Source: an uncultured delta proteobacterium
GTDB lineage: Bacteria; Myxococcota_A; Polyangia; Polyangiales; Polyangiaceae
Length of the DNA stretch: 64,000 bases
Reading direction: 5' to 3'
Assembly: GCA_963841435.1 (NCBI GenBank)
Contig: CAWJCS010000006.1
Location: 864,001-928,000 of the forward strand
Positions 20,036 to 28,948 of the stretch are shown here, in pieces. How positions within the stretch are numbered: the stretch's first letter is position 1; the number at the start of each line of letters is the position of its first letter. A model generated the notes under the pieces. It was not told the DNA's origin. It did no database searches and worked only from the letters and a program-made list of their open reading frames with translations. The position numbers were made by a program, and so were the translations under genes.

Positions 20036-20716
20036 ATGGGGCCGCGGGTGACGAAAGGCGCGTGGAACGCGACATTGCTTGCGTTGGCAAGCTTGTCGAT
20101 CGCCTGCTCCAAGCATGCGAGCACCGCGCAAGGAGCCATGAGCGGAGGCTCCGGAGCAACGGGCGGCGCGGGCGGGACCGCGGGCTCGGGCGGAGTGGGA
20201 GGCTCGGGTGCAATCGGTGGCGGTGCGCCGAGCTCCGGGAGCGGTGGCACTGCTCGCGGGGGTGACGGCGCACTGGCCGGCGGCTCCGGCTCCGGATCCG
20301 GTGGGACCGCGGGCGTTGCTGCGGGCGGGACGGATCCGGGCGGCGGAGCCGGCGAAGCGGGCGGTGCCGGCCTCGTTGAGGGCGGGACTGCAGGCGATTG
20401 CCCCGCATCGCCGGCACCCGGTTCCGTCTGTGCACCCAACGTGGGCCTCTCCTGCCAATACGAGGAGCCGTGCGGGCCCGTGGAATGCGAGTGCCGAGGG
20501 GAGCCCCTCCGGTTTTATTGCACGTCCTGCGAGGGCTCGGCCGGTGCTGGGAGCAGCTGCCCACCAGAGAAGCCACCGAACGGAATGATCACCTGCTTCG
20601 ATCAGGCGGGCCTGCTCTGCCAATACGACGACACCTGCGGGAGCGTCAGCTGCTCTTGCGAGCTGCCGTTTTCCGGTGAGGGGCTGCCCGTATTCTTCTG
20701 CGACTCCTGCAACTGA
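20036..20716 (+). CDS. Gly-linker lipoprotein with two Cys-rich modules
   Basis: Lipobox SIAC; two 'CP..P..G..C....GL.CQY...CG.V.C.C....F.C.SC' repeats. Confidence 0.75.
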   Translation: MGPRVTKGAWNATLLALASLSIACSKHASTAQGAMSGGSGATGGAGGTAGSGGVGGSGAIGGGAPSSGSGGTARGGDGALAGGSGSGSGGTAGVAAGGTDPGGGAGEAGGAGLVEGGTAGDCPASPAPGSVCAPNVGLSCQYEEPCGPVECECRGEPLRFYCTSCEGSAGAGSSCPPEKPPNGMITCFDQAGLLCQYDDTCGSVSCSCELPFSGEGLPVFFCDSCN

Positions 20717-20756
20717 GCGCAGAGTTCGTCCAATCGAGAAAGGGGAAGTCGGGGTC

Positions 20757-21197
20757 ATGCAAACAATCCAGCCAAGAATAATCATGGGAGCGGTCACTTT
20801 CGTCGCGGCGCTGGGCCTGCGCGCCCTCGTCGGTTGCGAGGGGCGCCTGCCTGATGAGCCGCTGAGTGCGGTGGGTTCGAGCATCGTCAACGGCATCCCA
20901 GATCCTACGGGACTCCCGACCGCTGTCTTCAACGGTGGGGGCTGCTCGTCCGTGTTGATCGCGCCGCGCACGCTCTTGATCGCAGGGCACTGCTTTCCGC
21001 AGTTCACTTCCGGTTGTCAGAATCTCGCGACCGCATTCGCCAATCCCCTGAACTTCCCGCTGCCCGAGCTCGTTGTTCGACGTGCAATGGGCTGGAGCGG
21101 GAACCCACATTGACATGAATCCCGGCTTTGGCATACGAACAAGCGATGATGGCTTGTTGGCGCTCAATACCTTTTCGACTAACGTGATAGTGACGAA
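20757..21197 (+). pseudogene. trypsin-like serine protease gene, 5' part (frameshifted/deleted, then interrupted by IS21)
   Basis: 'SSIVNG', 'CSSVLIAPRTLLIAGHC' (catalytic His motif); frame change near 21050-21075. Confidence 0.75.
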
Positions 21198-23623
21198 TGA
21201 TGGTTCCGGAAAATCTGGCCGCCCCAATTCCGGAAAATCTGGCCGCTCAAAAGAGGAGCCGGATGCATGATGGGCGCAAATATGAGCGGTCAGCGGCGAC
21301 AGCAATCTGGGGAAATGATCCCCCTGCTGTTGCGGCACGAGATTCAGGTTCTGCTGCGCGCCGGCCACGCGCAGACTGACGTAGCGGCGCGAGCCGGGGT
21401 CGGGGTGCGCACCGTGCGGCGGGTGGTCGCGGAGGACGCGGTGACACAGGTTGACGACGTGACCGAGCGACGCACGCGTCACATCGGACGACCGTCGAAG
21501 GCGGCGCCGTTCGCCGCGCAGGTGCTCGGCTGGCTCACCGAGACGCGGGACCTGCCGACGCAAGAGCTTCTGCGCCGAGCCAAGGACGCCGGTTACGACG
21601 GCAACAAGACGGCGTTCTACGCCATGGTCGCGGGTGTGCGGCCCGCGCGTGCAGCGCCGGTCGTGCGCTTCGAAGGCTTGCCCGGCGAGTTCTCGCAGCA
21701 TGACTTCGGGCACGTGGACGTCTGGTTCGTGAGCGGGCGCAAGAAGCGCGTCCACTTCTTTGCCTCGCGGCTCAAGTACTCGCGCTTCGCCGCCGTCACG
21801 CTGGTGGAAAACGAGCGGGTGGAGACGATCGTTCGCTGCCTGGCCCGGGACTTCGCGACATTTGGCGGCCTTCCACTCATGGCCGTGTTCGACCGGCCAA
21901 GGACCATCGTCAAGAAAGGCGGCAAGGGCCGCAACGTCGAAGCGTTCAACGCGACCTTCGCACAGGCAATCGTCAACATCGGCGTCGGCGTCGAGATGTG
22001 CGCCCCGCGGAGCGGCAATCAGAAGGGCACCGTCGAGCGACTCGTCGGCTGGGTGAAGAGCTCGTTCTTCAAACACCGCAAGTTCCAGGACGACGCCAAT
22101 CTCGAGGCTCAACTCGCGGCCTGGCACGTCGAGGTCAACACCAAGACGGCGTCCCGCGCCACGGGGGTGATTCCGGAAACGCGTCGCCAGGAGGAGCTCC
22201 CTCGGCTCCGCTCGGTCAAGGTGTTTCCGGAAACGCTGGCGCTGCGTTTGCCGGTGTTCGTCGGCCCCACCGCGGAGGTGATGTTCGAGGGGCTGCCGTA
22301 CTCGATGCCTCCCGAGGCCGCGCTCATGGCGGGCACGCTGTTCCTCTACGAAAGCCGCCTGCGCATCGTCGCAGGACGCTTTGAATCAAGCCACCGGCGT
22401 CGCCAGAAGGGCGAGCCTCCAGCGCCTCTGCCCGAGCATCGCGCCGCCAAAATCGCCGCCGTCCACGGCAAGCGGGCCAAGCTCTACGAGAAGCGCCAGC
22501 AGGTGCTCAACCTAGGTCCGGACGCGCTCGCGCTGCTCACCGAGATCACGCACCGCGAGCCGAAGCTCGCCGGTCGCCGCGTCGAAGAGCTCTACACTCT
22601 GCTCGAGCGCCACGGCGACGACACGCTCCGCGAGGCGATCCGTTCCGCCGTCGAGCGTGCGCAGCTCTCCGTCGCCGGCGTTCGCCGCCGACTTCCTTCG
22701 AGCGGCCGAGGACGCGAGGGCAGTCGCCCTCGTGTCCGAGTGACGCCACCGCGCGGCCCAGACCGCCTCCAGCTCGCGCTGCCTCTCGGCCGCACGGAGC
22801 TGAAACGAGGTGCGTCGTGAGCTCCGACCTCGAGCCGCTGCTCAAGCGTCTGCACCTCGCCAACGCGCGGCGCGTCTGGCGTGACCTCGTCCAGCGCGCC
22901 GAGAAGGAAGACTGGTCCTACGAGACCCTCCTTTTTACGCTCTTCTCCGAGGAAGTCGCCCATCGCCGCGGCACCCGCCTCACTCGCGCCCTCGGCTCCG
23001 CCGCGTTCCCGTTCCTGCGCACCATCGAGGAGTACGACTTCAGCTACCAATCGACACTCAGGCTCACCACCGTCGGCTCACTCCTCGCGCCAGATTTCGT
23101 CACCGAAGGACGGTCAGTCATCTTCCAAGGCAAGCCGGGCCGCGGCAAGACGCATCTTGCGATCGCCATCGCGTACCGCGCCCTGCAAAACGGCTTCGAC
23201 GCGCTCTTCACTACTGCTGCCGAGCTCATCGACCATCTCTCCGCCGCGAGCCGCGAAGGAAAGCTTCGTGACGCACTCGCTGTTTACATGCGCCCACACG
23301 TGCTCGTCGTCAACGAGGTCGGATACCTCACCTACGGAAATGACGCCGCCAACGTCCTCTATCACGTCGTCAACGACCGCCACATCCGACGACGCGCCAT
23401 GATCTTCACCACCAACAAGGACCCAAAGCGCTGGGGAACCGTGCTTCACGACGACGACCTTGCCGATGCCATCGTCGATCGCATCCTCGAGCGCGGTCGC
23501 CTGCTACGCCTCGATGGGCCTTCCGTGCGCACCAAGCATTTGCCCCCCGACGAGCTCGGGAGCGATGATCAACAACCGGCCAGAGTTTCCGGAAAAAACC
23601 GGCCAGAGTTTCCGGAACGCACA
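21198..23623 (+). mobile_element. IS21-family insertion sequence
   Basis: TG...CA ends; doubled terminal motifs TTCCGGAAAATCTGGCCG / CGGCCAGAGTTTCCGGAA; target duplication ACGAA (21193-21197, 23624-23628). Confidence 0.93.
21315..22820 (+). CDS. istA: IS21 transposase IstA
   Basis: N-terminal HTH, 'RFEGLPGEFSQHDFG', 'AVFDRPRT', 'QKGTVERLVG'. Confidence 0.93.
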   Translation: MIPLLLRHEIQVLLRAGHAQTDVAARAGVGVRTVRRVVAEDAVTQVDDVTERRTRHIGRPSKAAPFAAQVLGWLTETRDLPTQELLRRAKDAGYDGNKTAFYAMVAGVRPARAAPVVRFEGLPGEFSQHDFGHVDVWFVSGRKKRVHFFASRLKYSRFAAVTLVENERVETIVRCLARDFATFGGLPLMAVFDRPRTIVKKGGKGRNVEAFNATFAQAIVNIGVGVEMCAPRSGNQKGTVERLVGWVKSSFFKHRKFQDDANLEAQLAAWHVEVNTKTASRATGVIPETRRQEELPRLRSVKVFPETLALRLPVFVGPTAEVMFEGLPYSMPPEAALMAGTLFLYESRLRIVAGRFESSHRRRQKGEPPAPLPEHRAAKIAAVHGKRAKLYEKRQQVLNLGPDALALLTEITHREPKLAGRRVEELYTLLERHGDDTLREAIRSAVERAQLSVAGVRRRLPSSGRGREGSRPRVRVTPPRGPDRLQLALPLGRTELKRGAS

Positions 23624-24202
23624 ACGAATGACTTCAACGACAAGGAGGGTGTTTCGGTTAGCTCGCGGATGAGGACGGCGCTTCAGGAGCTGTTTCCGGG
23701 TGCCATTAAGCATCTATTCGAGGAGAAGTATACTCAGCCAATTGCCAAGGATCATGGTGCTCCTGTCAACTTGATGTGTAGCTCAGAGTCAGAGGGCTCT
23801 GATGCTGGTCGAGTGGAGTGCTACTCGGCCGCGCGCACGTTTCTTCAGTCTGCTTGCGATCCGCCGGCATCGCAGGAAGTCGCATGCCTTGGTCTTCAGG
23901 CTCTCGAACAGCGGAACTTTACTTGCATGGCGGGTGGGATCTGCGGATTTCGGCCGGTTATCCAGGCCGTAAACATGCTTCCAGAAGATTTGGAGCTTGT
24001 TTTTGCGCCGAATCCCAGCGCCCCGACAGTGCCTCTCGACAGGTTCTATCGACTTCTGGGAGGACTGTTGGGGTCGTCCGAACTGGGTAGCCTATGTGGT
24101 GAGATTCCGGAGCGAGCCATTGCAAATGGGAACGTCGCTTCGCTCACGCTTGGGGTTACGACCCGCGATGAACCCTTGATTTCTTGCGACCAGTTCCAGT
24201 GA
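22817..24202 (+). CDS. istB: IS21 helper ATPase IstB, reading through the right end into the interrupted gene
   Basis: 'LKRLHL', GKPGRGKTHLA, 'ADAIVDRILE'; no stop before 23623, giving ~190 extra C-terminal residues. Confidence 0.9.
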   Translation: MSSDLEPLLKRLHLANARRVWRDLVQRAEKEDWSYETLLFTLFSEEVAHRRGTRLTRALGSAAFPFLRTIEEYDFSYQSTLRLTTVGSLLAPDFVTEGRSVIFQGKPGRGKTHLAIAIAYRALQNGFDALFTTAAELIDHLSAASREGKLRDALAVYMRPHVLVVNEVGYLTYGNDAANVLYHVVNDRHIRRRAMIFTTNKDPKRWGTVLHDDDLADAIVDRILERGRLLRLDGPSVRTKHLPPDELGSDDQQPARVSGKNRPEFPERTTNDFNDKEGVSVSSRMRTALQELFPGAIKHLFEEKYTQPIAKDHGAPVNLMCSSESEGSDAGRVECYSAARTFLQSACDPPASQEVACLGLQALEQRNFTCMAGGICGFRPVIQAVNMLPEDLELVFAPNPSAPTVPLDRFYRLLGGLLGSSELGSLCGEIPERAIANGNVASLTLGVTTRDEPLISCDQFQ

Positions 24203-24999
24203 CGGCAGGCTTGCCAAAGGAGCGTCGTTGGTGCACCCGAGCTGGCCTTGGGCGCCGGCGCCGTGGCCATCTCAGAAGTACGCTGGTTCTCGCGTTCGCA
24301 TCGGTCGCCTGCGGTGGCCTCTCCGCCGTGGATTCTCCAGACGCTGCTCCACTCCCCGGTGAAGGGGGATCCAGCCAGGGTGGAACCGGGAGCGGTGCCG
24401 ACGCGTTGCCGCTGGGACCATTCTGCGAGGCCTACGCCGGCGCGCGCTGTGAGCCAATCACGGCCTGTTGTGAGGAATCGGACCAGCCGGTCGAATTTGC
24501 CGCGTGCCTGCAAACGGAGCTGGACCTGTGTCACGCACAATTCGCCAACGCGCACGACGACCCCCCGCTGGTCGAGGCGTGCATTCAGGCCCAGGCTACA
24601 CTCGTTGACTGCAGCTACCTGCCGCGGGATCTGGCAGCTTGCGCCGAACTCGCGCAGCGCGGGGCGATAGATCGCCAACCTGGGGACCGGTGCTCGTCTT
24701 CCTGGGACTGTGCTCAAGTCTCGGATCAGGCGACCGTCTGCGTCGAAGGTATCTGCGTTCGTACCAGGTACCTGGAGCAGGGCGACGCATGCGAGGATGC
24801 CGTTGCCCGTTGCGAACCCGACCTCTTGTGCGAAAGAGAACAGGCGGGCCTAGGCTACCGCTGCGAACGACCGCTCCCGCTGGGGAGCTATTGCGGCGAG
24901 CTGGGTCCGGCATGGTGCGAGTCGCAGAACTGCGATCCGGACGCTAAGGTATGCGTGGAAGCGTCGGTCGCACTCGAGTGTCAATGGTACGCGCCCTGA
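24199..24999 (+). CDS. Cys-rich lipoprotein
   Basis: Lipobox SVAC, more than 20 Cys; GTG overlaps the upstream stop. Confidence 0.7.
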   Translation: MTAGLPKERRWCTRAGLGRRRRGHLRSTLVLAFASVACGGLSAVDSPDAAPLPGEGGSSQGGTGSGADALPLGPFCEAYAGARCEPITACCEESDQPVEFAACLQTELDLCHAQFANAHDDPPLVEACIQAQATLVDCSYLPRDLAACAELAQRGAIDRQPGDRCSSSWDCAQVSDQATVCVEGICVRTRYLEQGDACEDAVARCEPDLLCEREQAGLGYRCERPLPLGSYCGELGPAWCESQNCDPDAKVCVEASVALECQWYAP

Positions 25000-25574
25000 G
25001 CCTCTTAGCCACCCTCGGCACCCTGAGCTGCCTCTGCCTGCTTACGCAGCCCGTAGCGGCGAGTGAGACAGCAGGCACGACTGAGCACGTCGCCGGAAGT
25101 CGCCTAACGACTGTCCTCGAAGTGGGTCTCGGCGGCGGGAACGTCGGCGTAGCAGCGCGCGCGGGGCTTCACACCGCCTACTGGACGAGTTGGCACTGGG
25201 GCGTGGGCCTCGGTACGGTCGCTCTGGCCGAGGCGGAACTGTTCGGGGACTCGGCGAGCGCGGCAATGATCGGCCCGGTGCTCGCGTACCGTAGTGATCC
25301 GACGACCAACGGGTGGCTGCTCACCGCCGCTCCCGCACTCGCGTACGGGGATCGTGGCCACGTGAGCAGCGCGCCCAGCGAGCACCTGCGCCGTGGCTAC
25401 GGGTACGCCTTCGACGGCGCTGCGCACTACTACTACCGACCGGGCATCTTCGTGCTCGGTACCGGCCTTGGCCTCGACTTCGTTCACCCGGTCGCGAGGC
25501 TTTCAGGGTCGGACCGCCTCCCGCCGGTCATCTTCTCGGCGACGATCGACTTGCTGATCGGAGCCGCGTTTTAA
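24984..25574 (+). CDS. putative exported/outer-membrane beta-barrel protein
   Basis: Signal peptide, alternating beta-strand pattern, C-terminal '...IGAAF'. Confidence 0.6.
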   Translation: MVRALSLLATLGTLSCLCLLTQPVAASETAGTTEHVAGSRLTTVLEVGLGGGNVGVAARAGLHTAYWTSWHWGVGLGTVALAEAELFGDSASAAMIGPVLAYRSDPTTNGWLLTAAPALAYGDRGHVSSAPSEHLRRGYGYAFDGAAHYYYRPGIFVLGTGLGLDFVHPVARLSGSDRLPPVIFSATIDLLIGAAF

Positions 25575-25816
25575 GGTCCCCACCGGCGACGGGTGTACGT
25601 GTCCACCGCGACTTTCAGCCCGAAAGATCGCTGATACCATGACCTCATCGAGCGCCCCTTCGCCCATGGACTACGTCGCGCAGCACTGCGCGGGCCAGGT
25701 TTGGTCTCGTTTCTTTAACATGCGTTGGACCACGCTGGGGCTGACGGCGTCGAACACCTTGAGTGCTCGGGCGCACGGGGGACCGAAAGCGACGAAGTCT
25801 TGGGGAATCCCTTGAG

Positions 25817-26205
25817 TCAGCGGGCGAAGTACTTCGTCGCCCGGCGCTGCCCGGTCACGCGGATCGCCTTCGCGTCCCAGAGCTTGCCGATCGGGAGCGT
25901 GAGGTCCTTCGTGCTCACGTTCATGCTCTTGCCGATTTGCTCGATGCGCTGGCCGGGGGTCTTCTTGATGGCAGCGAGCAGGCTCTTCGTCAGCGCCTCG
26001 AGTTCCTGGGGCTCCGCTTCGCGCCCTTGGGTCGTTTGCTTGCGCGCGCCGTGCTCGCCGGCCTTCCGCGTGATGCCGGCTTCGCGGGGACCCCTTCCCC
26101 ATTGGCGGCGATGGCGGCCTTGAAAGCAGCTGCGCCTTCCTCCTGGATGGCCTCGGTGAGATCACTGACAAACTGGTGGACGATGGCTTGAATGCGGGGG
26201 CTCAT
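25817..26205 (-). pseudogene. small basic DNA-binding protein (winged-HTH-like), -1 frameshift near 26007
   Basis: 'MSPRIQAIVHQFVSDL...KRPKGAKRSP' then shifted 'ELEALTKSLLAAIKKTPGQRIEQIGKSMNVSTKDLTLPIGKL...GQRRATKYFAR*'. Confidence 0.75.
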
Positions 26206-26282
26206 GAGGGACGCGAGCGTAGCCCACGTTCACGCATCAAGAAAAGGTCGGGAGCGCTCATCGCCGGTCTTTGGGTGGAAGT

Positions 26283-26457
26283 TCAGTCGTGCCGACGCCC
26301 ACGTATCATGGGCGCCGCCTGATCGAAGGAACGAGCTGCCCCCGCGTCCGTGGTGAACGATCCGCGATGGACAGTGCGGTTATTGCGCGAGATCGACGCC
26401 GTAAAGCTGAACCCATTCCACGAGACGCCGATGAACCGACTCTTGGCGTGCCGCTTC
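26283..26457 (-). pseudogene. AP2-domain fragment
   Basis: 'KSRFIGVSW....ASI.......GSFTTDAGAARSFDQAA'; 5' end cut by an IS end at 26458. Confidence 0.7.
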
Positions 26458-26830
26458 TGACCTGCTGGCATTCAGAGGACCAAGGATTCCTAGAGAACTG
26501 CCTCTCGGGTTGGGGTTGAGGTCGACGGCTTCGTGATCTTGAACTCGGACGGGGTGAGGTAGCCGAGGCTCGAGTGGGGGCGGACTTGGTTGTAGTGCCG
26601 TCGCCACTGCTCGATGACAGTAGCGGCTTCGATGCGATTGCGAAACCACTCCATGCTGAGACACTCGTCGCGAAGGCGGCCGTTGAAGCTTTCGTCGGTG
26701 CCGTTCTGCCAGGGCTTTCCAGGGGCGATGTGGGCGGTTTCGATGCCTTCGTCGGTGAGCCACCGCAGCACCGCAGTCGCGACGAACTCGGGGCCGTTGT
26801 CGGAGCGCAGGTAGCGCGGAGCACCGTGGA
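26458..26830 (-). mobile_element. IS3-family transposase 3' remnant with terminal repeat
   Basis: 'LRSDNGPEF', '[22 protein letters not shown]', '[15 protein letters not shown]'; TG end at 26458. Confidence 0.88.
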
Positions 26831-27207
26831 CGCTGGCCGCCCGCCACGACGAGTTCTTCACCGCATTGACGACGGCCGCGCGCGAGACCTCTAGCGTCAT
26901 CGATGCCGTTCTCCTCTACAACTGGTTGAAGCTGGGAGTGGTCGCCCCCGGCGACGGGCACGTGTTGGGCGTGTTGGACAAGAAGAAACCGGGCGTTCAC
27001 CACGAGGTTCCGATCCCTCGCTGACCGCCAGAGCGCCCCATCAAGTCGGCGTGGCACCACGCCCACCCCCCGCGCCTGATCCCGCACCCGCGTCCACCCC
27101 GGACATTCAACGCCCGCCCCGGCCCGGAAAGCCTCTTGCCGCCGCGCTTGCCCCGCGTTTAGCTCCAGGCTTCGTTTGTGGATCCCTGGGGAAGCCCGGG
27201 GAGGGCG

Positions 27208-27624
27208 ATGAGCATGGCTCCCAGCGTCCCCAAAGAGCTCACCCTGTTCGAGGGCCTGTGCGCCGAGCTTTCGGCCGAAGACGTGACGGCCCTTCGCAAG
27301 GAGGTTGCGGCGCATGTCGCCCACCTCCAGCGCGAGCAAGGGCGAAACGAGCTCATCGCCGTGGACCTGGCGGTGCTCGTCAGGGAGCGGCTCGAGCGTC
27401 TGTTCGACCTTGGCTCGGCACTGAAGCCGGAGGAGAGGGCGATGGTGGTAGGGGCGGCTCGCTATTTCGTGGCCCGTGACGACGCAATTCCAGACACGAA
27501 AGCCTGCACGGGGCTCGACGACGATGTGATGGTCCTGAACGGTCTTCCCGAGACCGGTGCCGTCGGCGATCAAGATCCGCGGGCGCAAGGCCTCGGCAGC
27601 GCTCATCATGATGGTTCTACCTGA
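27208..27624 (+). pseudogene. YkvA/DUF1232-like protein, probably C-terminally truncated
   Basis: 'GAARYFVARDDAIPD...GLDDDVMVLN' motif followed by unrelated sequence. Confidence 0.55.
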
Positions 27625-27780
27625 CCGCCCCGCAGATTTCGCAAGCGACGCCCTCGCCGCGAGATTCTTGCTGCACGATTCCACGCGGGTTCTTGCCAGG
27701 GCGGGCGTTCGGTTCGTCGTGGTTGGCGGATGGGTGCCCTATCTATTTCATCGAAGGCGCTACGGTCATATGCCGGAGTC
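27608..27780 (+). pseudogene. nucleotidyltransferase N-terminal fragment
   Basis: 'AGVRFVVVGGWVPYL' resembles the GG motif of AbiEii/DUF6036-type NTases. Confidence 0.45.
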
Positions 27781-27785
27781 CGGCG

Positions 27786-28943
27786 CTACTCTGTGTAAGG
27801 GCGTCCCCAGCCGATCCCTCGGACCAGAAGCTCACGCCGAACCAGTGAAAAGAAGTCCTCCGAGAAGAGTGGGTGCCAGACCACGCGGTATGACAGGTTA
27901 CCGGGATGCATTGCCTCCCACGGTGCCACGCGCCGATGATCCCGACGAGCAGCCGCGTTCAGCATGTGCCGGAGGCGCACCACGTCGGCGCTCTCCTCAG
28001 GGCCGAGAACAATATGCAGGTCCAGGTCAGGCTTCTCGTTCGCGCTGATCGCGCCCAGCAGCTCCACTCTCGCGTGCGCATCCGTCGGGGGAAACCTGTA
28101 GCCGACGAAAACGATGCAATCCGCGTCCCGGATCGCTTCGGTCGCGAACTTCCATAGGTGACCCAGTCGCCCTTTCACCAGGCTGTGCTTGGACGGACCC
28201 GGCGTCGCGAGAACGAGGCTGTCAACGCTGCACCGCTCTGCGTAGTCGATGTCAGCCTTCTGGATTGAGCCCGCCTCCTGGGTCCCTACCCAGCGCCAGT
28301 CCACGCTACCGTGAAGCTTGAGGACGCGAGCCCGCTGGGCCACCGACCAATCGCGGGCGGCTCGCACGACGTTGCAAACGCCGGCCCTGTTCTCCTTGGC
28401 AATTTCTCCGTCGATCACTTCGATGACTCGGTCGTAGTTCAAGGTGATCACAACGTCGGACGATTCGAGGCCCAGCAGCCAGTCAGTGTGCGGTTGCCAC
28501 CGCTCCGAATCTGGAGCTGCGCGACGGAGAAATTCGCCACACTCTGCCGCCACGTACCGGAGCGCCTTGTCGCGAATTAGCCTGAGTCGGGATCCGTCAG
28601 CGGGACCCAACTCGAAAGGTGGAGCCTCGCCAGTCAAGATCGCCTCCAGCCGCTCCGCGAGCGGGCCACGCTGGGCGACGGCGGTATCTACCTTGTCGAG
28701 GAAATCTTCAGCGTGTTCCCAGAGCCGCTCACCAGACGGGTGATTGGTGTTGAACCATCCGTCACTGAACCGTCGCCCGTAGTGATACAGCCAATACACT
28801 CCGGGATCCTTGGTGGCGAGAGCATGGGTCTTCAGCAGATCGAGGCGCGACTCCAGCGACAACAGGTCGGCGAGCGTCGGGCCCCCCAAGGGCTTGCTGA
28901 ACCCTGCTCCGAGGATCCAGACGATTCGGCGTTCCTCAGCCAT
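27786..28943 (-). CDS. SIR2-like domain protein (putative NADase)
   Basis: 'ILGAGFS', 'ITLNYD', 'LKLHGSVDW', 'TPGPSK', 'IVFVGYRFPPTD'; ATG 28943. Confidence 0.88.
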   Translation of the reverse strand: MAEERRIVWILGAGFSKPLGGPTLADLLSLESRLDLLKTHALATKDPGVYWLYHYGRRFSDGWFNTNHPSGERLWEHAEDFLDKVDTAVAQRGPLAERLEAILTGEAPPFELGPADGSRLRLIRDKALRYVAAECGEFLRRAAPDSERWQPHTDWLLGLESSDVVITLNYDRVIEVIDGEIAKENRAGVCNVVRAARDWSVAQRARVLKLHGSVDWRWVGTQEAGSIQKADIDYAERCSVDSLVLATPGPSKHSLVKGRLGHLWKFATEAIRDADCIVFVGYRFPPTDAHARVELLGAISANEKPDLDLHIVLGPEESADVVRLRHMLNAAARRDHRRVAPWEAMHPGNLSYRVVWHPLFSEDFFSLVRRELLVRGIGWGRPYTE

Positions 28944-28948
28944 CTGAT

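Noticed and set aside
19268-20051. Long ORFs inside the left island end
   Set aside because: Arg/Pro/Ala-rich with no codon bias or motif; treated as non-coding.
20646-22127. 493-aa minus-strand ORF
   Set aside because: Antisense shadow of istA crossing the IS boundary.
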